A stretch of 64,000 nt of DNA from an uncultured Verrucomicrobiae bacterium (GCA_963719495.1 CAVRCI010000003.1:128001-192000), one strand, 5' to 3'. Positions 9,359 through 19,045 are shown, numbered from the stretch's first letter. The notes: generated from the letters alone by a model not told the origin. A program made the numbers and translations.

Positions 9359-10198
9359 CTAATACAAAAACAAATCCTCCGGCGGATCCGTCCGGCTCAT
9401 CGAAACTGCCTCCACCACCGGGATCCTCTTCCCCCCGATCACCGGGAACCGCGCCGTCCCGATCACCTTCACCCAGGACATCTCCGCGGCCGTCAACCCT
9501 TCACCCGCCTTCACGTCCACCGCGATCGGACGCGCATCCGCCGCGCAGCACGACACCATCATCCGCACCAATTTCCCCTGCGCCCCCTCCACGCCCTCAC
9601 CCGGCATGAACTGACCCACCAGCTCCACCTCCCGATCCTTGAAATCCGGCAACATCGTCGGCTCCTGCGCCGCATAAAGCAGATCGATCAACTCCGCGAT
9701 GATCTGCCCATCCTCGTTCTTCGCCAAATACTCGCTCACGTCCGACGCCGGAGTCTCCGACATCGCCACCGACACCGTCGCCCCCTCGTCCTCACCCGGC
9801 AGAGCCAGCTCCGGCACCGACGAGGCCCGCCCCGGCAAGCTCGCCGACACGTCCGCAAAACCGCGGTTGAGAATCGTCGTCGCGCTGAACTCGCTCGGCG
9901 AATATTTGAAAGCCACCATCAGCGGCACCACCAGCACGAACGCCGCGAAGACGTGCCCCGGCAGCGACCGCGCCACCGAATTCGCGCACCCACTCAGGTC
10001 CTCCGCCCGCACGCTCGACGGCATGAACAACATCACCGTCGCCAACAGCAACAACACCCCGCCCGCAATCACCACGTAGGGACGGAAATTCGGCGCGAGG
10101 TAATTCTCGATCCGCCCCGTCCACCAGATGAACACCATCACCGTCCCCCAGATCGCGAGGACTCCAGTTGAAAGTAGACGGTGTGCGGTTTGATTCAT
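9359..10198 (-). CDS. TIGR03943/DUF1980-family putative permease subunit
   Basis: Three N-terminal TMs, RMMVSCCAADARP motif; ATGA overlap with the upstream permease. Confidence 0.85.
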   Translation of the reverse strand: MNQTAHRLLSTGVLAIWGTVMVFIWWTGRIENYLAPNFRPYVVIAGGVLLLLATVMLFMPSSVRAEDLSGCANSVARSLPGHVFAAFVLVVPLMVAFKYSPSEFSATTILNRGFADVSASLPGRASSVPELALPGEDEGATVSVAMSETPASDVSEYLAKNEDGQIIAELIDLLYAAQEPTMLPDFKDREVELVGQFMPGEGVEGAQGKLVRMMVSCCAADARPIAVDVKAGEGLTAAEMSWVKVIGTARFPVIGGKRIPVVEAVSMSRTDPPEDLFLY

Positions 10199-11124
10199 GA
10201 GAAAACGACGGCCAGCCGGACGCAAATTAGACCCACGAGGAAGAAAAGGCCAACGACCATCCCGACCACAAACCGCTTCTTGAAAACCGAGGCGTAGATG
10301 AAGATCAACTTCACGTCCATCATCGGCCCAAACACCAAAAACGCCAACTTCGCCACCGCCGGAAACGACACGAACGTCGCCGCGATGAACGCGTCCGTCG
10401 TGCTGCACAGCGACAGGATCCCCGCCAGCCCCATCATCGAAAACGTCGCCGTCCCCGTGCTCGTCGCCAGCGGCAGAACGAACTCCTGATTCACCGCCGT
10501 GCTGAACGTCGCCGCCGCCGCGCAGCCGATGATGAAATACACCATCATGTCCATGAAATCGGCGACCATCACCTGCACCGCGCCCAGCAACCGGGTTCCG
10601 AACCCACCCCCCGGCCCACCCTCCAGACCCCGCGGCTGCGCGATCTCCGCCAGCACGTTCTTCCGCAGCACGTGCCGGATCGAAATGTTGTGCACCACCA
10701 TCCCCGCCAGCACCGCCACCCCGTAGCCCACCCCCAGCCGCAGCCCCGTCATCCACTCCGGAGCCTGACCCTTGAACGCCGCCCACGTGCTCAGCACCAC
10801 CACCACGTTCACGATCGGAGCCGACAGCATGTAGACAACCGCATTCGACACCGGCAGCCCCTTCGCCATCAACCGGCGGATCACCGGCACCACCCCGCAC
10901 TCGCACATCGGAAAAACGAACCCCAACAACCCACTCACCGCCGCCCCCGCGTAAGCATTCCGCGGCAGCAACCGCGTCATCACCCGCGCCGGCAGAAACT
11001 GATCGATCAACCCGGAAACGATCGTCCCCAGCAACAAAAACGGCGCGCCCTCGAGCAGAATGCTCAGAAACGCGAAACTGAAATCCGGAAAGCTGAAATT
11101 AAACCACCCGATCCCGTCACTCAT
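10195..11124 (-). CDS. DUF318 (YcgR-like) permease
   Basis: LLEGAPFLLLG, FPMCECGVVP, LSLCSTTDAF, FGPMMDVK. Confidence 0.9.
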   Translation of the reverse strand: MSDGIGWFNFSFPDFSFAFLSILLEGAPFLLLGTIVSGLIDQFLPARVMTRLLPRNAYAGAAVSGLLGFVFPMCECGVVPVIRRLMAKGLPVSNAVVYMLSAPIVNVVVVLSTWAAFKGQAPEWMTGLRLGVGYGVAVLAGMVVHNISIRHVLRKNVLAEIAQPRGLEGGPGGGFGTRLLGAVQVMVADFMDMMVYFIIGCAAAATFSTAVNQEFVLPLATSTGTATFSMMGLAGILSLCSTTDAFIAATFVSFPAVAKLAFLVFGPMMDVKLIFIYASVFKKRFVVGMVVGLFFLVGLICVRLAVVFS

Positions 11125-11168
11125 CCGCCGACAGCAATACCCGAAACCGTTCGAACGTCAAATGCGTT

Positions 11169-11222
11169 GGGGAACGCACGCGTCCCCGCGTGCGAGCGAC
11201 GGCGTCCTCGCCGCCGCGACCC
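11169..11222. repeat. REP-like element, same family as 5393
   Basis: GGGGAACGCACGCGTCCCCGCGTGCGAGCGACGGCGTCCTCGCCG. Confidence 0.7.
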
Positions 11223-11255
11223 CGGCAATGCGCCAGCGAGCCGAATCCAACCCAG

Positions 11256-11876
11256 TCAACCCAACCCAGCCGAACCTTCCGGCGCATAGACCAAATAAGT
11301 CATCCCATCCCGACTCCAAGCCGTCCGGTCCCAGTCCCCAATCCGAGCCAATTGCCGTCCCGACCCCGGCGGATCCGAAAACGCATCACTCGGCATCACG
11401 ATCAAATGAGCCAACCGCCCATCCTCCAGCCGAAAGCAAACCAACGTTCCCTTCCATCCGCGCCACTCCAGCTCGCGGCAACCAAACGGCTCCAGCCCAT
11501 CGAGACTCGCCGGCACCACCAACGCCCGCCCATCGAAGTGTGCCGCGTACCATTTCTGAATCTCCGCAAGATCACCCGTCTGCTTCGCCAGCGCAAAATC
11601 CGAATCAAAAAACGCCGCCCAATCCGCGCTCGCCGCCCGCAGTGAACCGGCCTCCGAGCCACCACCCACCGACCAAGTCACCACACCCAACAAGACCAAC
11701 GCCAAAGCCAGCACCGCCGCCAACGGCAGCACGGCGTATCTCCACCCCCGCCGCGCAACGGCACCGGGCCCCTCCCGTAGGCAGCGCTCGCGCAGATCCG
11801 TCGGCGCGGCAATTTCCGCGAGCTTCCCCGCGATCACCTCGTCGAACGGATCCTCGTATTTCGAATCAATCTTCAC
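11256..11876 (-). CDS. Putative transmembrane anti-sigma factor
   Basis: Single TM, GCR...LVCF motif, overlaps the 3' end of the ECF sigma gene. Confidence 0.7.
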   Translation of the reverse strand: MKIDSKYEDPFDEVIAGKLAEIAAPTDLRERCLREGPGAVARRGWRYAVLPLAAVLALALVLLGVVTWSVGGGSEAGSLRAASADWAAFFDSDFALAKQTGDLAEIQKWYAAHFDGRALVVPASLDGLEPFGCRELEWRGWKGTLVCFRLEDGRLAHLIVMPSDAFSDPPGSGRQLARIGDWDRTAWSRDGMTYLVYAPEGSAGLG

Positions 11877-12345
11877 TTAGTCGTTTTCGTAGTTGCGCCT
11901 TACCCCGGGAAAGCCGCGACATCACCGTGCCCATCGGGATTTCCAAAATCTCCGCGATCTCCGCGTAACTCGTTCCGCGCAAATAGAAGAGCGTCAGCGG
12001 CTCCCGATATTCCACCGGAAGGTCATTTAAAATGCGCATCACCGTCCCCGCGTCCACCGCATCCGCCTGCGCCGGATCGCAAGCCCCCTCCGACGCTCCC
12101 TCCTCGAGCGGCTCGTCGCTGTAGCGATTCCCCTTCCGAACCGTCCCCAAAAATTCCCGCCGCAGCGTCGTGAACAACCACGTCTTCACCTTCGACTCGT
12201 CCCGCAGTTGATGCCCCTTCCGCGCCCAAAGCGAAAACGTCTGCTGCACCAGATCGCAAGCATCCCCCTCGTTCTTCGCCAGACTCAACGCAAACCGAAA
12301 AAGCGGCTGATAAAATTCCTCAACCAGCTGATCGAAATCCAACAT
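11866..12345 (-). CDS. ECF RNA polymerase sigma factor
   Basis: DLVQQTF, KTWLFT region 2; SYAEIAEILEIPMGTVMSRLSRG region 4. Confidence 0.92.
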   Translation of the reverse strand: MLDFDQLVEEFYQPLFRFALSLAKNEGDACDLVQQTFSLWARKGHQLRDESKVKTWLFTTLRREFLGTVRKGNRYSDEPLEEGASEGACDPAQADAVDAGTVMRILNDLPVEYREPLTLFYLRGTSYAEIAEILEIPMGTVMSRLSRGKAQLRKRLSED

Positions 12346-12406
12346 GCCCGGGGGTTGTTCTAGCGGCCCGGGTCGGTGATTACCATCGTTTCTGTGCCTG
12401 CCAAAA

Positions 12407-12555
12407 GTGATCGGTGACTGGTGAATGGTGAATGGTGGAGATGCAATTCAAGGAGCGGCGGGTTGACTTCGTCGGTCTCCGCTTCGCTCCGGCTCCAGCC
12501 GCCGAAGTCCGAAGCCCCACCATTCACCCTTCACCATTCACCATTCACCATTCAC
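12407..12555. repeat. Inverted heptamer arrays flanking a REP-like hairpin
   Basis: (GGTGAAT)n left, (CACCATT)n right; central AGGAGCGG...TCTCCGCTTCGCTCCGGCT resembles 56803-56850. Confidence 0.75.
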
Positions 12556-12583
12556 GCCCCCTCCGCGCCCCGACGCCTCCGAC

Positions 12584-13879
12584 TCACGCCACCGCCTCAG
12601 CGTCACACCCACGCCGCCTCTCCAAGCCACCAATCACCGCCGCCCCGCACGAATCGCTGAACACATTCACCGCCGTCCGAGCCATGTCCAGCACCCGGTC
12701 CACCGCCAGAATCAGCCCAATCGCCTCCATCGGCAGCCCAATCGCCCCCAGAATGATCACGATCGCCACTAAACTCGCCGCCGGCACCCCCGCCACCCCG
12801 ATCGACGTCGCCAGCGCCAGAAAAACCACGAGAAACTGAGTTCCAAACGTCATCTCGATCCCGTAAATCTGCGCGATAAACATCGCCGCCACGCACTCGT
12901 AAAGCGCCGTCCCGTCCATGTTGATCGTCGCCCCCAACGGCACGACGAAGCTGTTCACCTTCTTCGGATTGTAATCGTTGCTCCCCAGGCAATCCAACGA
13001 CACCGGCACCGTCGAACTCGAACTCGCCGTCGAAAACGCCGTCAGCAGCGCCGGCATCATCACGCGAAAATGCGCCACCGGACTCCGACCCCAAACCTTC
13101 AGCAGAATCGGCAGCGTCACGAACAAATGAATCCCCAGCGCCGCCACCACCGTGAAGAAAAACGTGATCACCGGCCCCAGCGCGTCGAACCCCGTCTCCG
13201 ACACCGTCGCCGCCACCAGCCCAAACACCCCGATCGGCGCAAAGAGAATCACCCAATCCGTCATCGACAGCATCACCGCGTAAGCGCTCTCCCACCAACC
13301 CAGGAAGCTCGTCCGCGGCCCCGCGTCCAATTTCGTGATGAAATACCCGAACAACACCGCGAAAAAAATGATCGCCAGCATGTCGGAGTTGTTCCCCAGC
13401 GACGCAAAGATGTTCTTCGGAATCATCCGCTCGAAGACCTCCGCCAGCACCGATCCCGACGTCGTATCCGCCGAAACCTTCGCCTCCACTTCCGCCCGCG
13501 ATTCGCCCAGCGAAGCGATCATCCGCTCCGACACTTCCGGCGCCACCCGCCCCGGCCCCACCACGTTCACCACCAGCAAGCCCACGCTCACCGCCAACGC
13601 CGTCGTCAGGACGTAATACCCCGCCGTCCGCAGCCCCAACCGCCCAAAAGCATTCTCCTCACCCAGCCGCGCGATCGCCGAAATGATCGAAGTCGCGATC
13701 AACGGAACCACCAGCATCTGCAGCAGCTTCAGAAACAACCGCCCGATGTAGGCGCAAACGCCCGCCACGTCGACGCCACCGACCACGCCACCCTCCGGCA
13801 ACGCGATTCCCACCGCGAACGCCAGCGCCATCGCGATCAGAATCTGCCAGTGCAACTTCAATCGAAAAATCCCCGCCAT
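12584..13879 (-). CDS. Dicarboxylate/amino acid:cation symporter (DAACS, GltP-like)
   Basis: AFSTASSSST, PLGATINMDGTALY, DRVLDMARTAVN. Confidence 0.93.
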   Translation of the reverse strand: MAGIFRLKLHWQILIAMALAFAVGIALPEGGVVGGVDVAGVCAYIGRLFLKLLQMLVVPLIATSIISAIARLGEENAFGRLGLRTAGYYVLTTALAVSVGLLVVNVVGPGRVAPEVSERMIASLGESRAEVEAKVSADTTSGSVLAEVFERMIPKNIFASLGNNSDMLAIIFFAVLFGYFITKLDAGPRTSFLGWWESAYAVMLSMTDWVILFAPIGVFGLVAATVSETGFDALGPVITFFFTVVAALGIHLFVTLPILLKVWGRSPVAHFRVMMPALLTAFSTASSSSTVPVSLDCLGSNDYNPKKVNSFVVPLGATINMDGTALYECVAAMFIAQIYGIEMTFGTQFLVVFLALATSIGVAGVPAASLVAIVIILGAIGLPMEAIGLILAVDRVLDMARTAVNVFSDSCGAAVIGGLERRRGCDAEAVA

Positions 13880-13941
13880 GACCCGACCCTGCCAGCCCTC
13901 CGCGAAGTAGCGCAAGCATCCTGCTCGCAAGCCGCTCACTT

Positions 13942-13969
13942 CATTTCTCATTTCTCATTCCGCATTTCC
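13942..13969. repeat. 28-bp heptamer block identical to 7076-7103
   Basis: CATTTCTCATTTCTCATTCCGCATTTCC. Confidence 0.85.
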
Positions 13970-13988
13970 CATTAATCTCATCCCGCCA

Positions 13989-14960
13989 ATGGACACCCTC
14001 GCCAGCGCCCGCCGCGTCTTCGACATCGAGATCGAAGGACTCCAGGCCGTCTCCGCCCGGCTCGACTGCAATTTCGCCCGCGCCGTCGACACTCTCCTCG
14101 CCACAGTTACGGCCCGCGGAAAAATCGTTGTCGTCGGCGTTGGGAAATCCGGCCACGTCGGTGACAAAATCGCCGCCACCCTCACCAGCACCGGCTGCCC
14201 CGCCGTCGTCCTCAATTCCCTCAACGCCCTCCACGGCGATCTCGGCATCGTTTCCGACGGCGACACGATCCTCGCCCTCAGCGCCAGCGGCGAGACCGAG
14301 GAACTCACGAATCTCCTCCCCGCCCTCGCCCGCTTCGACGTCGCCCTCATCGCCCTCACCGGCGCGCCCGCCTCCTCCCTCGGCCGAGCCGCCACCCTCG
14401 TCCTCGACGTCGCCGTCCCCCGCGAAGCCTGCCCGCTCAACCTCGCCCCCACCTCCAGCACCACCGCCATGCTCGCCCTCGGCGACGCCCTCGCCATGGT
14501 CCTCCTCGAAGCCCGCGGCTTCGACAAGGACGACTTCGCGAAGTTCCACCCCGGCGGCAGCATCGGTCGCGCCCTCCTCCTCGGCGTCACCGAAATCATG
14601 CGCCCGCCCGAAAAACTCGCCCTCGTCACCCCCGCCACCACCATCCGCGAAGCGATCCAAACGATGACCGCCCACCGAGCCGGAGCCGCCGTCGTCACCA
14701 CCGCCTCCGGTCACCTCGCCGGCATCTTCACCCACGGCGACTTCGCCCGCCACTACGGCGAAGACCCCAACGTCGGCACCCGCCCCATCGCCGACCTCAT
14801 GACCCGCAACCCCATCACCATCTCCGCCACCCAGCTGGCCGCCGAAGTCCTCCAAGTCCTCCAAACCCACCGAATCGACGACCTCGTCGTCATCGACGAA
14901 GCGGGAAAACCCATCGGTATGGTTGACTCCCAGGACCTCTCGCGCCAAAAACTCCTCTAA
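13989..14960 (+). CDS. kdsD: Arabinose-5-phosphate isomerase (KpsF/GutQ family)
   Basis: GVGKSGH, HGDLG, EACPLNLAPTSSTT, FHPGG, CBS pair. Confidence 0.93.
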   Translation: MDTLASARRVFDIEIEGLQAVSARLDCNFARAVDTLLATVTARGKIVVVGVGKSGHVGDKIAATLTSTGCPAVVLNSLNALHGDLGIVSDGDTILALSASGETEELTNLLPALARFDVALIALTGAPASSLGRAATLVLDVAVPREACPLNLAPTSSTTAMLALGDALAMVLLEARGFDKDDFAKFHPGGSIGRALLLGVTEIMRPPEKLALVTPATTIREAIQTMTAHRAGAAVVTTASGHLAGIFTHGDFARHYGEDPNVGTRPIADLMTRNPITISATQLAAEVLQVLQTHRIDDLVVIDEAGKPIGMVDSQDLSRQKLL

Positions 14961-15002
14961 TCCCCTTAAAACTTAATTCTTAAAAACTTAAAACTTCCCC
15001 AA

Positions 15003-15560
15003 ATGCCTCTCGCCAACGATCTCCGCAAAGGAATGGCCGTCCGTTACAACAACAACGACGCCATCGTCCTCGACGTCCAGCACCGCACCCCCGGCAACCT
15101 CCGCGCCTTCGTGCAGGTCATCATCCGCTACATCGGCACCGGGAAATCCGCCGACGTCCGCTTCTCCTCCACCGAGAAAGTCGACGTCGTCGAGACCAAC
15201 CGCCAGACCCTCGAGTTCAGCTACAACGACCCGACCGGCTGGCATTTCATGGACCCCGACACCTTCGAAACCATCACGCTCAACGAAGAGCTCATCATGG
15301 ACGCCAAGGAATACCTGGTGGAGAACCTCAAGGTCGACGTCCTCTCCGTCGAAGGCCGCCCCGTCCAGGTCGACCTCCCCACCACCATCGAGATGCGCGT
15401 CACCGAGAGCGCCGACGGCATCAAAGGCGACAGCGCCAACAACGTCCAGAAGCCCGCAACGTTGGAGACCGGCAAGATCATCAACGTCCCCCTCTTCATC
15501 AAAGAAGGCGAAGTCATCAAAGTCAGCACCGCCGACGGCACCTACCTCGGCCGAGCCTGA
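15003..15560 (+). CDS. efp: Translation elongation factor P
   Basis: HRTPGNLRAFV loop, FMDPDTFE, KPATLETG, VPLFI. Confidence 0.95.
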   Translation: MPLANDLRKGMAVRYNNNDAIVLDVQHRTPGNLRAFVQVIIRYIGTGKSADVRFSSTEKVDVVETNRQTLEFSYNDPTGWHFMDPDTFETITLNEELIMDAKEYLVENLKVDVLSVEGRPVQVDLPTTIEMRVTESADGIKGDSANNVQKPATLETGKIINVPLFIKEGEVIKVSTADGTYLGRA

Positions 15561-15587
15561 TCGTCAGCACGCACCCTCCTCCACGCG

Positions 15588-15730
15588 CTGGGGAGCGCAC
15601 ATCCATAGCCTGCCCAAACGAATGAGTGCCGCCCCCTCCTCCAAGCGCTGGGGAGCGCACGCGTCCCGCGTGCGAGATGCGGCGTCCCGCCGCATCACGC
15701 TGGCAATTCGAGCGAAGCGAGAGAGCCCAA
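15588..15730. repeat. Tandem REP-like elements, same family as 5393
   Basis: CCCTCCTCCA.GCGCTGGGGAGCGCAC occurs twice, then GCGTCCCGCGTGCGAG and CGAGCGAAGCGAGAGAGCC. Confidence 0.7.
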
Positions 15731-15842
15731 ACTCCCCCCTTGACCCCCCACCCCACCCCCCACTAACTTCTTCCCCCCGCTTCGAGAGGCACCCCAAGCC
15801 ATCGCTTGGATCGGAAATCCGTCACCGCTCCGACCGCCTCCG

Positions 15843-17009
15843 ATGCCCACCGAACTCGCCTACGTCCTCGTCACGCCCTACTCGATTCGTAAATCGCGCA
15901 CCGGCGGCATCGTTTCTCGCCTCCTCTCCCGCTCCGGCCTCGAACTCGTCGCCGGCCGCATGTTCGCCCCCAGCGCCGAGCTCGTCGCCGAATACGCCGA
16001 GTCCATCGTCACCGAGACCGACGAGCGCCACCGCCGCACCCAGGAGCTCATCCGCTCCTACGTCCTCAAAAACTTCGCGCCGAACGCCGAAGGCAAGCGC
16101 CGCCGCGTCCTCATGCTCGTCCTCCGCGGCGAAAACGCCGTCGAAACCGTTCGCACCATCACCGGCCACATCGCCCACCCCCGCACCGCCGGCGAGACCA
16201 TCCGCGACACCTACGGCGACTACGTCACCGACGGCGAAGACGTCGTCTACTTCGAACCCGCCGCCCTCGCCGCGCCAAACTCCGCCACCGCCGCCGCGAA
16301 CCTCCGACTCTGGGCCGCCCACTCCGACACCGACGGCGGTATCCTCGACGACATCGTCCCCTACCCCGCCGACGCCACCGTCGAAAAAACGCTCGTCCTG
16401 ATCAAACCCGACAACTTCCGTTTCCCCAACGCCCGCCCCGGTGCCGTCATCGACACCTTTTCCAAGACCGGCCTCTCCATCATCGGCTTCAAGGTCCACC
16501 ACCTCAGCCTCGCGGAAGCCGAGCAATTCTACGGCCCCGTCCTCGCCGTCCTCGAGGAGGTCTTCAAGGAAACCACCGCCCGCCGCGTCCGCCTCGCCGC
16601 CGAAGAGGAACTCAACCTCCCCCTCGACGAAGCCACCGAATCCCAACTCGGCGAGATGCTCGGCCCCATCGCCGGCCGCGCCCACTGGGAATCCCTCGTC
16701 CAGTTCATGACCGGACACCGCCCGTCCCAGACCCCCACCGACCGCCGCGACCTTCCGGGTAGCGAAAAGTGCGTCGCCCTCATCTACCAAGGCGTCGACG
16801 CCGTCGCGAAGATCCGCCAAGTCCTCGGACCCACCGACCCGTCCAAGGCCCCGTCCGGCACGATCCGCCGCGAATTCGGCTCGACCATGATGATCAACGC
16901 CGCCCACGCCTCCGACTCCGTCGACAACGCCGCCCGCGAAATGGCCATCCTCGGCCTCGACCGCAATCATTTCAAACCTCTCATTGAATCCCACTTCGGC
17001 TCCCGGTAG
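15843..17009 (+). CDS. ndk: Tandem-domain nucleoside diphosphate kinase
   Basis: Second domain TLVLIKPD, GPTDP, GTIRREFG, NAAHASDS; first domain NDK-like but lacks the His motif. Confidence 0.85.
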   Translation: MPTELAYVLVTPYSIRKSRTGGIVSRLLSRSGLELVAGRMFAPSAELVAEYAESIVTETDERHRRTQELIRSYVLKNFAPNAEGKRRRVLMLVLRGENAVETVRTITGHIAHPRTAGETIRDTYGDYVTDGEDVVYFEPAALAAPNSATAAANLRLWAAHSDTDGGILDDIVPYPADATVEKTLVLIKPDNFRFPNARPGAVIDTFSKTGLSIIGFKVHHLSLAEAEQFYGPVLAVLEEVFKETTARRVRLAAEEELNLPLDEATESQLGEMLGPIAGRAHWESLVQFMTGHRPSQTPTDRRDLPGSEKCVALIYQGVDAVAKIRQVLGPTDPSKAPSGTIRREFGSTMMINAAHASDSVDNAAREMAILGLDRNHFKPLIESHFGSR

Positions 17010-17050
17010 CCTCCACCACTCGACTTTCTAACGACCACCAACAAAACATC

Positions 17051-18214
17051 ATGGAACTCTCCGACCGCGTAGCCGAACTCACCCCATCTCTCACCCTCGC
17101 CATCGACAGCAAATCGAAAGCCCTCCGTGCCGAAGGCATCGACGTCTGTGGCTTCGGAGCCGGCGAACCCGACTTCGACACCCCCGACCACATCAAGGCC
17201 GCCGCGCAAGCCGCCCTCGAGATGGGCTTCACCAAATACACGCCCTCCTCCGGCACCCCCGAGCTTCGCGAAGCCATCGCCCAGAAGCTCCGTTCCGAGA
17301 ACGGCCTCGATTACAAACCCTCCCAGGTCATCGTCAGCAACGGTGCCAAGCAATCCTGCTACAACGCCGTGATGGCCACTTGCGACCCCGGAGACGAAGT
17401 CATCATCCCAGCCCCCTACTGGCTCAGCTACCCCGAGATGGTCCGTCTCGCCGGAGCCGTCCCGGTTTTCGTCCCGACCACCCAGGAGAACAACTGGAAG
17501 ATGACCGCCGAGCAGTTCGAAGACGCGATGACCCCCCGCACCAAGATGGTCATCATCAACACCCCCGGCAACCCGACCGGCTCCGTCTACACCCACGACG
17601 AACTCAAGAGCATCGTCGAAGTCGCCGCCGAAGAGGACATCTACATCCTCTCCGACGAGATTTACGAGAAGCTCGTTTACGATGATGCCAAACACGTCAG
17701 CATCGCCGGCGTCACCCCCGAAGCCTACGACCTGACCATCACCATCAACGGTTTCAGCAAAGCCTACTCGATGACTGGATGGCGCCTCGGCTACCTGGCC
17801 GCCCCCGAGCCGATCTCCCGCGCGATCGACTCGCTCCAAAGCCACAGCACCTCCTGCCCCTGCTCGTTCTCCCAGAAGGGCGGCCTCGCCGCTCTCAAGG
17901 GCGACCAGCAAGCCGTCGGCGACATGCGCGACGAATTCTCCATCCGCCGCGACTACATGTGCAGCCGCATCGACGCCATCAGCGGCATTAGCGCCGTCAA
18001 GCCGTTGGGCGCCTTCTACGTCCTCGTCAACATCGGCGGCCTCGGCCTCAGCAGCAGCAACTTCGCCGACCGCCTCCTCAGCAAAGCCAGCGTCGCCGTC
18101 GTCCCCGGCATCGCCTTCGGCGACGACAAAACCATCCGCCTCAGCTACGCCACCAGCATGGACGTCATCAAAACCGGCCTCGACCGCCTCGAAGACTTCT
18201 GCAAAACGCTGTAA
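17051..18214 (+). CDS. aspC: Aspartate aminotransferase (class I/II PLP enzyme)
   Basis: GEPDFDTP, NTPGNPTG, SDEIYE, GFSKAYSMTGWRLGY. Confidence 0.9.
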   Translation: MELSDRVAELTPSLTLAIDSKSKALRAEGIDVCGFGAGEPDFDTPDHIKAAAQAALEMGFTKYTPSSGTPELREAIAQKLRSENGLDYKPSQVIVSNGAKQSCYNAVMATCDPGDEVIIPAPYWLSYPEMVRLAGAVPVFVPTTQENNWKMTAEQFEDAMTPRTKMVIINTPGNPTGSVYTHDELKSIVEVAAEEDIYILSDEIYEKLVYDDAKHVSIAGVTPEAYDLTITINGFSKAYSMTGWRLGYLAAPEPISRAIDSLQSHSTSCPCSFSQKGGLAALKGDQQAVGDMRDEFSIRRDYMCSRIDAISGISAVKPLGAFYVLVNIGGLGLSSSNFADRLLSKASVAVVPGIAFGDDKTIRLSYATSMDVIKTGLDRLEDFCKTL

Positions 18215-18221
18215 AGCGGAC

Positions 18222-18249
18222 AAAAAACCGCCGCTCCGCAAGGAGCGGC
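18222..18249. terminator. Hairpin between convergent aspC and vapC
   Basis: GCCGCTCC-GCAA-GGAGCGGC with an A6 tract on the left (T tract on the minus strand). Confidence 0.55.
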
Positions 18250-18309
18250 ATCTCCCGTGGCATCGGCTTCCAGCCGATTACCAACCCAAACCTCGGCGAA
18301 GCCGACACT

Positions 18310-18762
18310 TCAAAAAAGCGGCGTCGCCAAACCACAAGCCCGCGCCAACCGAGCCTGATTCTCGTCGAACGTCAGCAACCCCTCAGCTCCAAGCAGTAGC
18401 GCCGTCGCAACGTGCAGCGTGTCGAACCCCCGATGACCGCCGGAGGCCGTCCATTCCCTCGAAAGTCTCTCACCCTCGACAAAAATCTCGGAAAGCTCGA
18501 TGGGAACGAGCCGCAAGATCCCGACATCGAGATCGTCGCTGAGATCTTTCATCATTTTGTCCGCGACGGCTTGGGAGTAGCCACTTCGCCGGTCCTGCCG
18601 AAATCGAAAGACCTGAAACCTCGCCGCATTTCGAAATTCCCAGAGCACGAGCGCGGCCACCGTCATCACTTCACCCAGCGAAGCCCGCGCCGCAATCGCC
18701 CGATCGGAGTTGTCCTGAACTCGGTAAAGTGCGCACAGAAACGAGGTGTCTGGATAGTCCAT
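18310..18762 (-). CDS. vapC: PIN-domain (VapC) toxin
   Basis: DTSFL, E in LWEFRN, DTLHVATAL, LLTFD; TGATG coupling to the upstream antitoxin. Confidence 0.9.
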   Translation of the reverse strand: MDYPDTSFLCALYRVQDNSDRAIAARASLGEVMTVAALVLWEFRNAARFQVFRFRQDRRSGYSQAVADKMMKDLSDDLDVGILRLVPIELSEIFVEGERLSREWTASGGHRGFDTLHVATALLLGAEGLLTFDENQARLARACGLATPLF

Positions 18763-19019
18763 CAACCTTCTTCGCCTGCCAGCTCGGCTTCGCGCATCTC
18801 CCGCACCTCCGCCGCCGTGAAAACGCGATCTCCCCAAGTCTCCTTCATCCGTCGCCGATGCGCCTCTGCGTCGAACTTCACCGGCATCGCCCGCTTCGGC
18901 GCGGTCAAATGAGCCACCGGCTTCCCGTGCTTCGTGATCTCGATCACTTCCCCAAATCCCAGAGCCGCCTCCACCTTCGGAAAATCATACCGCAAATCGC
19001 GCACCGTCATCGTCCTCAT
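18762..19019 (-). CDS. Phd/YefM-like antitoxin
   Basis: MRTMTVRDLR...GEVIEITKHGKPVAHL. Confidence 0.85.
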   Translation of the reverse strand: MRTMTVRDLRYDFPKVEAALGFGEVIEITKHGKPVAHLTAPKRAMPVKFDAEAHRRRMKETWGDRVFTAAEVREMREAELAGEEG

Positions 19020-19045
19020 ATTGTGATGAAACATTTCATCACAAT
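19020..19045. promoter_or_regulatory. Palindromic operator of the TA operon
   Basis: ATTGTGATGAAA-CA-TTTCATCACAAT, perfect 12-bp arms adjoining the antitoxin ATG. Confidence 0.8.
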
